This document shows, piece after piece, positions 43,501 through 56,300 of a DNA stretch of 64,000 nt. Position 1 is the first letter of the stretch, and each line of letters begins with the position of its first letter. Under the pieces are notes generated by a model, which was not told where the DNA came from, ran no database searches, and saw only the letters and a program-made list of their open reading frames with translations. This stretch comes from Bigelowiella natans CCMP2755. Lineage: Eukaryota; Protista; Cercozoa. The translations under genes and the position numbers were made by a program. The stretch is taken from positions 1 to 64,000 of the forward strand of contig ADNK01002407.1 in assembly GCA_000320545.1 (NCBI GenBank). Direction: 5' to 3'.

Positions 43501-46500
43501 ATGATGTCGTCTGGCACCTCCCCCTCCAACAACACCTTCAAAGCAATACGCAGCAACGACCTTCCCTGTCTGAAGCGTTTGGTTTTGGAAAACGCAAATG
43601 TTGAGGAGTGCGGTTGTCACGGTGGGTAGCAAGCTGCAGCGTTGACATTGTCGTGTGTGAGTCGCTTCGCATGGGTGTTGATGTGAGTTGTGACAGAATG
43701 AGTCATGAACAACCCCGAAAGCAGATTTTGCCAAAACTTGGAAGATGACATCAATTGTTGTTGACATGCAAAGATGTGGTCATTTTGCTATAAGGTGATA
43801 CTCCGTTGATCGCTGGTTCCAAATGGGGTCATTTGGAGATCGTAAAGTACCTGGTTGACATGAAGGCAAACATTGAGGCGAAAAACGAATATGGTGGGTA
43901 CCAACACTAGAATTGAGACAGCAGTTGTAAAAGATGTTACATCATTTGAAATCATTTCTACACAACACATTAGGTGATACTCCGTTGATCGCGGCTTCGA
44001 GTGGGGGTAATTTTGAGATCGCAAAGTACCTGGTTGACATGAAGGCAAACATTGAGGCGAAAAACAAATATGGTGGGTACCAATGCTAGCATTACGACAG
44101 CAGTTGTAGATTACATTACATTATTTGAAACGATTTCAATACATTATATTAGGTAACACTCCGTTGGTTTGGGGTTCAAAAAAGGGTCATATTGAGATCG
44201 TGAAGTACCTGGTTGACATGAAGGCAAACATTGAGGCGAAAAACGAACATGGTGGGTACCAACACTAGAATTGAGACAGCAGTTGTAGAAGATGTTACAT
44301 CATTTGAAATCATTTCTACACAACACATTAGGTGATACTCCGTTGATCGCGGCTTCGAGTGGGGGTAATTTTGAGATCGCAAAGTACCTGGTTGACATGA
44401 AGGCAAACATTGAGGCGAAAAACAAATATGGTGGGTACCAATGCTAGCATTACGACAGCAGTTGTAGATTACATTACATTATTTGAAACGATTTCAATAC
44501 ATTATATTAGGTAACACTCCGTTGGTTTGGGGTTCAAAAAAGGGTTATATTGAGATCGTAAAGTACCTGGTTGACATGAAGGCAAACATTGAGGCGAAAG
44601 ACAACAACGGTGGGTACCAATACTAGCATTATGGCAGGAGTTGTAGATTATATTACATAATTTATAACGATTTTAATGCAATACACCAGGTCATACTCCG
44701 TTGTTTTGTGGTCATTTGGAGATCGTAAAGTGCATGGTTGACATGAAGGCAAACATCGAGGCGAAAAACGAATATGGTTGGTACCAATACTAGCATTCTG
44801 ACAGCAGTTGTAGAATATGTAACATTATTTGAAATGATTTCAATGCAATGTATTAGGTAATACTCCGTTGGTTTGGGGTTCAAAAAAGGGTGATATTGAG
44901 ATCGTAAAGTACCTGGTTGACATGAAGGCAAACATTGAGGCGAAAGACAAATATGGTGAGTACCAATACTAGCATTATGACAGGAGTTGTAGATTATATT
45001 ACACAATTTATAACGATTTCAATATATTAATTTAGGTAACACTCCGTTGGTCGCGGGTTTCAAAGAGGACAATTTTGAGATCGTAAAGTACCTGGTTGAC
45101 ATGAAGGCAAACATTGAGGCGAAAGACAAATACGGTGGGTACCAATACTAGCATTCTGACAGCAGTTGTAGAATATGTAACATTATTTGAAATGATTTCA
45201 ATGCAACATGTTAGGTGATACTCCGTTGGTTTGGGGTTTACAAAATGGTCATATTGAAATCGTAAAGTACCTGGTTGACATGAAGGCAAACATTGACACG
45301 AAAGACAACAACGGTGGGTACCAATACTAGCATTATGGCAGGAGTTGTAGATCATATTACATGATTTATAACGATTTCAATACATTAATTTAGGTAACAC
45401 TCCGTTGGTCGCGGGTTTCAAAGAGGATAATTTTGAGATCGTAAAGTACCTGGTTGACTTGAAGGCAAACATTGAGGCGAAAGACAAATGCGGTGGGTAC
45501 CAATACTAGAATTGAGAAAGTAGTTGTAGAATATGTAACATCATTTGAAATGATTTCAATGCAATGCATTAGGTAATACTCCGTTGGTTTTGGGTTTACA
45601 AAAGGGTCATATTGAGATCGTAAAGTACCTAGTTTACATGAAGGCAAACATTGAGGCGAAAGACAACCACGGTCGGTACCAATACTAGAATTGATACAGC
45701 AGTTGTAGAATTTGATACATCATTTGAAAAGATTTTAATGCAACATATTAGGTGGTACTCCGTTGGTTTGGAGTTTACAAAAGGGTCACATTGAAATCGC
45801 AAAGTACCTGGTTTACATGAAGGCAAACATTGAGGCGAAAGACGAATATGGTGGGTACCAATACTAGCATCGTGACAGCAGTTGTAGAAAATGTAACATT
45901 GTTTGAAATGATTTCAATGTAATGTATTAGGTAATACTCCGGTGGATTTGGGTTTCAAAAAGCGTAATTTTGAGATCGTGAAGTACCTGGTTGACATGAA
46001 GGCAAACATTGAGGCGAAAACCGAATATGGTGGGTACTTATACTAGCATTGTGACAGCAATTGTAGAACATGTTACATTATTTGAAACGATTTTAATGCA
46101 ATACACCAGGTCATACTCTGTTGTTTTGTGGTCATTTGGAGATCGTAAAGTGCATGGTTGACAAAAAGGCAAACATCGAGGCGAAAAACGAATATGGTGG
46201 GTACCAATACTAGCATTATGACAGCAGTTGTAGAATATGTAACATTATTTGAAATGATTTCAATGCAATATGTTAGGTGATACTCCGTTGGTTTGGGGTT
46301 CACAGAAGGGTCACATTGAAATCGCAAAGTACCTGGTTTACATGAAGGCAAACATTGAGGCGAAAGACGAATATGGTGGGTACCAATACTAGCATCGTGA
46401 CAGCAGTTGTAGAAAATGTAACATTGTTTGAAATGATTTCAATGTAATGTATTAGGTAATACTCCGGTGGATTTGGGTTTCAAAAAGCGTAATTTTGAGA

Positions 46501-49500
46501 TCGTGAAGTACCTGGTTGACATGAAGGCAAATATTGAGGCGAAAGACGAAGATGGTGGGTACCAATACTAGCATTATGGCAGGAGTTGTAGATTATATTA
46601 CATAATTTATAACGATTCCAATACATTAATTTAGGTAACACTCCGTTGGTCGCGGGTTTCAAAGAGTATAATTTTAAGATCGTAAAGTACCTGGTTGACA
46701 TGAAGGCAAACATTGAGGCGAAAGACAAATACGGTGGGTACCAATACTAGCATTTCGACAGCAGTTGTAGATTATATTACATTATTTGAAATGATTTCAA
46801 TACATTATATTAGGTAACACTCCGTTGGTTTGGGGTTCAAAAAAGGGTCATATTGAGATCGTAAAGTACCTGGTTTACATGAAGGCAAACATTGAGGCAA
46901 AAGACAACCACGGTCGGTACCAATACTAGAATTGAAACAGCAGTTGTAGAATTTGATACATCATTTGAAACGATTTTCAATGCAATGTATTAGGTAATAC
47001 TCCGTTGGTTTGGGGTTCAAAAAAGGGTCATATTGAGATCGTAAAGAACCTGGTTTACATGAAGGCAAACATTGAGGCGAAAGACAACCACGGTCGGTAC
47101 CAATACTAGAATTGAAACAACAGTTGTAGAATTTGATACATCATTTGAAACGATTTCAATGCAATATGTTAGGTGGTACTCCGTTGGTTTGGGGTTCCTT
47201 TTATGGTCGTTTTAAGATCGTAAAGTACCTGGTTTACATGAAGGCAAACATTGAGGCGAAAGACAAATACGGTGGGTATCAATACTAGAATTAAGACAGC
47301 AGTTGTAGAATATGTTACATTATTTGAAATCATTTCTATACAACACATTAGGTGATACTCCGTTGATCGCGGGTTTCAAAGAGGATAATTTTAAGATCGT
47401 AAAGTACCTGGTTGAAATGAAGGCAAACATCGAGGCGAAAAACGAATATGGTGGGTACCAATACTAGCATCGTGACAGCAGTTGTAGAATATGTAACATT
47501 ATTTGAAATGATTTTAATATAATGTATTAGGTAATACTCCGGTGGATTTGGGTTTCAAAAAGGGTAATTTTGAGATCGTGAAGTACCTGCTTGACATGAA
47601 GGCAAACATTGAGGCGAAAAAAGAATATGGTGGGTACCAATACTAGAATTAAGACAGCAGTTGTAGAACATGTTACATTATTTGAAACGATTTTAATGCA
47701 ATACACCAGGTCATACTCCGTTGTTTTGTGGTCATTTGGAGATCGTAAAGTGCATGGTTGACATGAAGGCAAACATTGAGGCGAAAAACGAATATGGTTG
47801 GTACCAATACTAGCATTCTGACAGCAGTTGTAGAATATGTAACATTATTTGAAATGATTTCAATGCAATATGTTAGGTGATACTCCGTTGGTTTGGGGTT
47901 TACAAAAGGGCCATATTGAGATCGTAAAGTACCTGGTTGACATGAAGGCAAACATTGAGGCGAAAGACAAATATGGTGGGTACCAATACTAGCATTATGG
48001 CAGGAGTTGTAGATTATATTACGTAATATAACGATTTCAATACATTAATTTAGGTAACACTCCGTTGGTCGCGAGTTTCAAAAAGAATAATTTTAATATC
48101 GTAAAGTATCTGGTTGAAATGAAGGCAAACACTGAGGCGAAAGACAAATATGGTGGGTACCAATGCTAGCATTACGACAGCAGTTGTAGAATTTGATACA
48201 TCATTTGAAAAGATTTCAATATAATGTTTTAGGTAATACTCCGGTGGATTTGGGTTTCAAAAAGCGTAATTTTGAGATCGTGAAGTACCTGCTTGACATG
48301 AAGGCAAATATTGAGGCGAAAACTGAATATGGTGGGTACCAAAACTAGCATTGTAACAGCAGTTGTAGAACTTGTTACATTATTTGAAACGATTTTAATG
48401 CAATACACCAGGTCATACTCCGTTGTTTTGTGGTCATTTGGAGATCGTAAAGTGCATGGTTGACATGAAGGCAAACATTGAGGCGAAAAACTATCATGGT
48501 GGGTACCAATACTAGCATTGTGACAGCAGTTGTAGAATTTGATACATCATTTGAAATGATTTCAATGCAACATGTTAGGTGATACTCCGTTGGTTTGGGG
48601 TTTACAAAATGGTCATATTGAGATCGTAAAGTACCTGGTTGACATGAAGGCAAACATTTAGGCGAAAAACGAATGTGGTGGGTACCAATACTAGCATTAT
48701 GACAGCAGTTGTAGAATATGTAACATTATTTGAAATGATTTCAATGCAATATGTTAGGTGATACTCCGTTGGTTTGGGGTTCACAGAAGGGTCATATTGA
48801 GATCGTAAAGTACCTGGTTGACATGAAGGCAAACATTGAGGCGAAAGACAACAACGGTAGGTACCCATATTAGCATTATGGCAGGAGTTGTAGATTATAT
48901 TACATAATTTATAACGATTTCAATACATTATATTAGGTCGTACTCCGTTGGTTTGGGGTTCACGAAAGGGTCTTATTGAGATCGTAGAGTACCTGGTTGA
49001 AATGAAGGCAAACATTGAGGCGAAAGACGAAGATGGTGGGTACCAATACTAGCATTGTGACAGCAGTTGTAGAACATATTGTATAATTTATTATTACATT
49101 TTCAATACATTATATTAGGTAATACTCCGTTGGTTTGGGGTTCACATAAGGGTAATTTTGAGATCGTAAAGTACCTGGTTGACATGAAGGCAAACACTGA
49201 GGCAAAAAACGAAGATGGTGGGTACCACCAATGCTAGCATTGTGACAGCAGTTGTAGAACATGTAACATTATTTGAAATGATTTCAATACAATGTATTAG
49301 GTGATACTCCGTTGGTTTGGAGTTCAAAAAACACTGAGGCAGACGAATATGGTGGGTAGCATACTAGCGTTGAGACAGCAGTTGTAGAATATGTAACATC
49401 ATATGAAACGATTTCAATGCAATGTATTAGGTGTTGTTTGGGGTTCACAAAAGGGTCATGTTAAGATCGTAAAGTACCTGGTTGACATGAAGGCAAACAC

Positions 49501-50299
49501 TGAGGCGAAAGACGAAGATGGTGGGTAGCAATACTAGCAATGAGGCAGGAGTTGTAGATTATATTACATGATTTATAACGATTTCAATACATTGTATTAG
49601 GTCGTACTCCGTTGATTTGGGGTTCACGAAAGGGTAATATTGAGATCGTAGAGTGCCTGGTTGAAATGAAGGCAAACATTGAGGCGAAAGACGAAGATGG
49701 TGGGTACCAATACTAGCAATGAGGCAGGAGTTGTAGATTATATTACATGATTTATAACGATTTCAATACATTATATTAGGTCGTACTCCGTTGATTTGGG
49801 GTTCACGAAAGGGTAATATTGAGATCGTAGAGTGCCTGGTTGAAATGAAGGCAAACATTGAGGCGAAAGACGAAGATGGTGGGTACCAATACTAGCATTG
49901 TGACAGCAGTTGTAGAACATGTTGTATGAGTTATGATTACAGTTTCAACACTTAGGTAATACTCCGTTGCTTTTGGGTTCAAAAAAGGATAATTTTGAGA
50001 TCGTGAAGTACCTGGTTGAAATGAAGGCAAACACTGAGGCCAAGAACGGATATGGGATGACTCCCTATGACTTGGCAAATGATGAACTCAAAAGCTTCAT
50101 TGAGCATTCTTGCATTGAGCGACGGATCCAGGTGTTCAACAGAGATTTGAGAGATTTGTACTTCTTGAGCACGGAATTGAAGCGGGGGTTGGGGGCAGAA
50201 GTCGTCGCCATCAACTCGAAAAAGCGGAAGCGGTCGCGGTCGCCGTCGCCGTCTCCGTTTCGGTCTTCTTCGTCAGACGACTACAGTCATTATGAATGA
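43501..50299 (+). CDS. Ankyrin-repeat protein: N-cap exon 43501-43621, 35 one-repeat cassette exons, terminal exon 49956-50299; one cassette has a TAG
   Basis: Cassette exons (e.g. 43795-43893, 43974-44072, 44153-44251 ... 49780-49878) encode G(N/D)TPLVWGSKKGHIEIVKYLVDMKANIEAKDxY. They are separated by ~80-nt GT(g/c/t/a)...AG phase-1 introns. The terminal exon has GMTPYDLA and a KKRKRSRSPSP tail. Confidence 0.88.
43795..50040 (+). repeat. Tandem array of ~36 units of ~179 bp (99-nt exon + ~80-nt intron) with higher-order duplications
   Basis: Unit starts are spaced 179 bp apart (167 bp after the 87-nt exons). A 358-bp dimer duplication (units 2-3/4-5) and a 702-bp tetramer periodicity (47352 vs 48054) are visible. 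Confidence 0.97.
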
Positions 50300-51279
50300 C
50301 TATTTTTTTGGTTCCAATTTGCAAAAAGTGACATTTTTGAACAGCATGATGGAAAACTACGTCATTTCATCACAATTTGCAAATGACAACAAAATGGGAG
50401 GAACTTGCAATGGTGCATTTCAAAGATTTGTGATGGTGTGCGTGCTCCAAAGCCTCTGAACAACAACGCTGATGACAATGACAATGTGGTGCTTCATGCA
50501 CACGACAATCGAATGCATGAGACGGATGTGATGAAGTGATCAAGTCTTTTCAATTGTCATCCCAACATGTGTGGCTGTGCAAAGCAGCGGCCACAGGGCG
50601 TGTGTTGTGTCTGCGTGTCTCTTCTGTTGTGTGTTTCATGCACTTGAAAGCATCTGCATCCGGTCCTAGCTGGGGTCGTCGGTGTCGCGCAGTGCGTGCA
50701 ACAGTTCGCTGCCTCTTTTTCTGCTTCAGTCATCAGTGGCTTTGTCTCATCGTTTCGATTGTTCATGATGGCGTTTGATTGATTGCGCAATCTGAGCTGT
50801 TGGTGTTCGCAGGCTGCTGACACAGACACCATCAGTGAGAAACAGCCGAGAAGTCACAAGCACGCTGACATGTGCAGTGAAACGACGCAGAAACGCAATG
50901 CAGCAACAGCCTTCCACACACCACAATGTGATGACGGTGAAGGAAGAAAAGGCCACAGAAACAATCTGCTGACTCTGAACATGCACGTGTGCATTCGATT
51001 TCAACTTCGCTCTGCAATCATGATGCTCAATGATGTGCATGTTTGCTGGCTGCCACACAGCTATGCGATGCAATGCAGCGACTGCCATGCGCATGCGTGT
51101 GCGTGCCATGACGAAGCGACATGCGACTGCCATGCGCATGTGTGCTGTGACGAAGCGAAAACCGACTGCTGTGCGCATGCACATGCGTGCTGTGACGAAT
51201 CGAAGTCGCATTTCAGGCCATTGAGCACTTCTAGACTTCCAAAAGTCCGGGAACAGTGATCCCAAAAAGTCTGCACAAC

Positions 51280-52660
51280 TAGCGGTTCCCGCACAGAGGA
51301 TGAGGAACAATTGCAAAGGGCAAGAAGCTTGCAACAACGATGAAGAACACCGAAGACGCAACTTGCAACGAACAAAAAAAAAGGACAAAAAAAGAGCTGA
51401 AATCGCCAAGCGAGCAAGGTCTGGGAATGGTTCAAAAGAGGAAAATGACAAGGTCAGGCTTCGGGAAAAACAGCAAAAAAAAAACACTTCGATTCAACTC
51501 CAGGCATTGCACCAGAAGCTTCCGTGATCAAAAAAGCACGTGAGCTCTCACGAAAACGAAAGGAAAGCGAGGCTGAGCTGAAAGAGATGGTTCTCGATTG
51601 TTTCAGGGATCCGAGAACCGGCACCATTTTTGCAAATGGTCAAAGGTGTGAAAAGCTTCGAAAACTGGACCCGGATGATGTGAAAAGGCGTGCCGAGAGG
51701 GAGAAGCAGCGCAAGAGAGTGAAGGCCTAGCAACAGATTCCAATGAAAACCAGATCATTCAGCCCAAAAAAAAATGCATGGACATCAAATTGGTGCTTGA
51801 ATGCTTTGAATGTCATGTCTTGATGCATTTTTTTTCCCTCTGTGTTCACTTGCGTGGCATGATCTTCGCGCGATGATCCCTCGTGAAACCGTTGAAATGT
51901 TTGAGAAGATGATCTTCGCGAATGGCATTCCCCCGAGACCTTCCTTGCCACCAAAATAGGAAGCTTGCTGGGAGCGGGCTAGCAGGTTCTCGGTTCCGGA
52001 GCATGTTGAAATCATCAAAAAGGCTGCTGGAACACCCGCATCCGCGGAAATGCGTTCGGGAAAGGGTGGGCCGAAATCGCTCACCGAGATGATCAGGATA
52101 GAGGTCCCCGTCTCAGCCTCGCTCGCCGCCAAACTCACGACCTTGCGCCCTGAGTTGCTCGAGAAGGCGTTCGAAGAAGAGGTCACCCAAGAGCGAGGCA
52201 TCCTCGCCACAATGGAGGAGAAACGTGACCCCCCTTGAACGAGCTGGTCAGCTACCTTCGTCTTGAAGGGCATGCTCTGGATGAAATGAAGGCCCCGCCA
52301 TTCGTTTCAGCGGTCGTCGGCAAGGCCCTGGAAAAAAAGCACCACCAAGCGATGAAGGCGCTCAAGAAACATCAGCGAAGCCTCGAGAAAAGCGTCCTGA
52401 GCCGAGACAAAACAAGCAAATGCTGTCGCAAGTCACAACTCTGGAAAGGCGAGTCTGTGCCAACGCAAGGTTGCTGACTCAGCAGCAGCATCGAAGCGGC
52501 GTGCCCCGCTTCGGGAATGAGATCTCAGGGCCTGCGCATTGCGTTGCAGCTGGTGCCGTGCCCGCAGCGAGAGAGGCGGTCAAACCGCTGATGAGCTCCA
52601 ACACGATGGAAATCGTCAAAAGCTTGTTCGTTTCCCCCACCTCCCTGCACCCCCGCTCCA
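51280..52660 (+). pseudogene. Frameshifted unknown coding remnants, TpA-erased
   Basis: Protein-like segments that change frame (KKARELSRKRKESEAELKEMVLDCFRDPRTG; MIRIEVPVSASLAAKL.../NELVSYLRLEG). Confidence 0.35.
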
Positions 52661-52903
52661 GATGACCCCAAATTTTCAATTTCCATGCAGAAAACAAGGC
52701 ATTCCTCGAAACAGTTTGCGTTCTTGATCGCATGATGACAGCTAGGTCATTGGTCAAATGGCAGGGGCGCATGTGCACAATGTGCATCACACGAACGAAC
52801 AAGTGATGAGTCATGCATCGTGCCAGGGAAAAACGAAGGTTCTTTCCAACATTGCGCAATGTTGATCATGCAACTCCATTTCTTCTCCCAGACACTTTGG
52901 AGT

Positions 52904-53215
52904 TCACACTTTCTGGTTCACGCACACTTTGACGGTCCCGTCCGCTGACCCCGAAACAACCGTCTGCCCGTCCCGCGAATCCGCGACCGAGCGCACCCAA
53001 TTCGAATGCCCCGTGAGCGTTTTGGAGTCCATGGTTCGCCACACTTTGGTGGTCTTGTCCCGTGACCCCGAAACGACCGTCTGCCCGTCCCGCGAGACGG
53101 CGACCGAGTGCACATCATTGGAAAGCCCCGTGAGCGTCTTGGTGCATGTTCCCGAGGAGACATCCCACATTTTGATGGTGTTGTCCCGTGACCCCGAAAC
53201 GACCGTCTGCCCAAT
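52904..53215 (-). pseudogene. WD40-repeat fragment (HET-E/NWD-like near-identical repeats)
   Basis: Three tandem GQTVVSGS(R/A)D.T.K.W / TLTG(H/L)S..V.SVA units with no start context. Confidence 0.75.
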
Positions 53216-53339
53216 TCATCTTTGTTCTGAATGCAACTTGAAAACGAAGACATGCAATTGCGCATCGCACATCAACACTCAACGAGCAGCACACAAACAC
53301 GCACTCACACTCCAAAGCACGCAATTCCAATCAAGCTGA

Positions 53340-56300
53340 CGCTTCCCACTGAAGGGAACATTCGTTGAGCTGTTTCAAGGGACCAAAAGTTTCCAAAGCT
53401 GATGCAGGTCCCAACACTCCTCAGTGTTGGCAATCTTCAGCAATCTTTGAGCTTTCTTCAAGTCTTTGACGTCTTGCTTTCCAAGCAAGGAATTTCTTTG
53501 CACGCAGCACCCAAAGGCGACGCATGCACACACCAATGTCTTCCCACCATTGGTTTTCCTCCACTCTTTTGTTGTTGTCGTTTGACCACCCAGACTCAAA
53601 CGACGTGTCTTCTTTTTTGTCTCTCGTGATGAGCACAAGGACGTTGGAAACCTCCTGAGTGGAAGAGAGGTTCCATTTCAATTGGTAGTCGCGCAGGATG
53701 TGTTGCACTTGCTAGCTTGGGGGCCATTGCAGGAACAAAGGTGTTGTGGGCAATCCCCAACACCCACACGTTGACACAGGAGGCAATGCGGGGGCTTCAA
53801 GGCAGAAGGGTCTTTCGGAGCGATGTGACCCTTCCAGATTCTGAACACAAAGTGGGCATCTTTGGGGGCCAGTCGCAAAGATGGGTGTGCAGTTCGGCCT
53901 TTCTTCTTGCATTGCAAATTGAACGACTTCAGTGACGTGGAGCACCACACTGCGTCAGCCAGGAGAGAAGACAGGGAAACTTGTTTTTGGCAATTGTCTT
54001 TCACGTCGGCATCAGGTCTCGCTTGGGCCGTCTTCTCATCCGTGTCGTCCGCATGGCGGCAGCGCAGCCACTTGACCAACTCAGCTTTCTTCATTGCCCT
54101 CAATGCTCTTCCTTTGGCTCGAATGCCATTGGCCACGCAGAACACAGTCAGCCTTTTCTTGGTCCACGATGGGAGGGACTCGACATCGAAGTCCAGCTCT
54201 CTTCCGCGAAGAGCTTCGGGGGTGAGTGTTGCAGGTTCGGCACTCACTCTCTCTCTTCTTTGTCTTTCCTCAATGCTCTCATGCTTGGTCAAGTCTCGAA
54301 TCATCATGGCTTTGTTTTTCCTTCTGGACGTGATGCCCCGTTGCTTGCACTCCAATTGCAGCTGTTTGAACGGCATCTCACTGAAGTGGAACTCCTCGAT
54401 TCCCACGTCATTGTTGTCATGGACAACAGCACTGCGCACATTGGGATCTGGATTCTGATGCGTCCAAGAGGGGATGGAGATGAGCTCCATGTCCACGGCC
54501 ATTTGGAAGCAGTTGTGCACCATTGTGCACCACGGCAGGTCAACGTCATCAACGAGACCCAAAAGGAGTTTGCGGAGTCTTTGAAAGTTGCACATGGCCA
54601 CTTTGAGGACGAACCGCACCACTCTGATCATCACCAGTTCCTCAGCGGGTCTCCAACCAAGAAAAGTCAGCACAGCATCCGAGGAGTCCGAGTTGAAGCA
54701 CCTCAGGGCTTTCCTGCCAAGCCAGCATCAGCAAGGCGTGCCATCATCACAGTCATCCGTGCTGTGTCAATTTGTTGGACTTCGCATCCGCAGAGGAACT
54801 TGGGAAGCCACACTGACGTGATGACGAGGCATGCCACGCAGCACGACCAGTGGGCACCCAAGTTGAACGTCAGCAACCCAGTTGGGCAATTTCCTGTGTG
54901 CTTCAACCTTCTCGTGGACCCTTTCTTGATCCAGGAATTTTGCAACTTGCGTGTGGAGAAAGCAACGCCCAGGTAGACGAACTTGTCGACACAGTCCAGG
55001 CGCTGTCCACACATGGTCACAGTCTTTTCCTCAGTCGTGGGAGCGTGTTTCCGTTCCGTGGAACCAAGGACCATGACCTTGCACTTTGTGAGCCCGAATT
55101 GCATGCCACTTGCTGTCGCAAAGTCCTCCGCAATTGTTGCACACTTCTGGGGATCTGATGAGCCAAGGAGGCCAATGCCAGCAAGGTCGTCTGCGAACCC
55201 GAGCATGCAAATGCGGTCGAGGGGTGCACGTCTGGGGCCACCAGTGATCGACACACCCTGCATCTCGATTTGACACCTTGCTGGCTTGCAATGACGATGT
55301 CAATGAAGCAGTTGAAGAAAAAGGGGGCGAGGACACTGCCCTGTGGAACGCCTCTGTGCACGGGCAGTGGCTCAGGAGTGGTCCCATCGACCAGCAATGT
55401 GCGAACGTGGTTCAGCATCCAATGGAGGCCGAACCGGACGATGTGGTCAGGCAAACTGGGGAATCGCATTTTCACTCTGCGCACAACGATTCTGGTGGAT
55501 GGGAACACTGTCGTGGGCCTTCTTCAGGTCCAGGAACAACACCAGTGCGGATTTTCGGTCTCTGCGAAGGGCTTCTTCGGTCACTTTCAGTCTCCATGCT
55601 TGTTCAATGCAGCCCCTCTTCTCAACGAAACCACCTTGGTTGAAATGCAACTTGATTTTGAGTTTCTTGATTCTTCTCCAATGTGGGGACTTTGAGTCCC
55701 TGTGCGTGCACGCGCAAGGAACACGTGCACCCAGGCACGTCACGTGTGCCCAAAAAGCACACGTGCTCTGTTCACATCCACACGTGCACCAAACAAGCCA
55801 CTGCACATGCACCGAAAATTGCCAAGCGTGGCTGCAGTGCACGCAGTTCGCACGCAACAGCACGCAGTTGTGCAGCACACACCACTGATTGCACAGATGT
55901 TCATCTTGGCAAGTCTGATGCGTGCATTTTCAGGCACACGACATTGCTCTGCTGCACTTGCGTGCACGCGTGCATGGGCACACGTGTGGTCACAGGTGCA
56001 CACGAAGTGCGTGATGTGCACACGCAGTGGACGGCATGCACGCACAGGGACTTCAAGTCCCCACACCAAAGGATGTGCTCCAAGAGTTTCGCAGTGCACG
56101 ACAGCAAGGTGATGGGGCGGTGTTGCAGAGGTTCGGGCTCAGGGACCTTCGGGATGAGGACCACCACTGAGCGGTGCCATTCGCGCGGAATTTCCGAAGG
56201 GTTTCTGAGCCCTTTGTTGAACAGGTCGAGGAGGAAAGAGTGTGATTCAGTGGGCAGGGCTTGAAGCAGCTTGTTGGTCATGCCGTCCAGGCCCGGAGCT

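Noticed and set aside
43795-50040. CRISPR-like or non-coding satellite interpretation of the 179-bp array
   Set aside because: There are no unique spacers or cas genes. Units are whole-length homologous and parse as ankyrin exon plus GT-AG intron.
43788-50078. Repeated minus-strand ORFs (MPSCQPGTLRSQ...)
   Set aside because: They are antisense shadows of the ankyrin cassettes.
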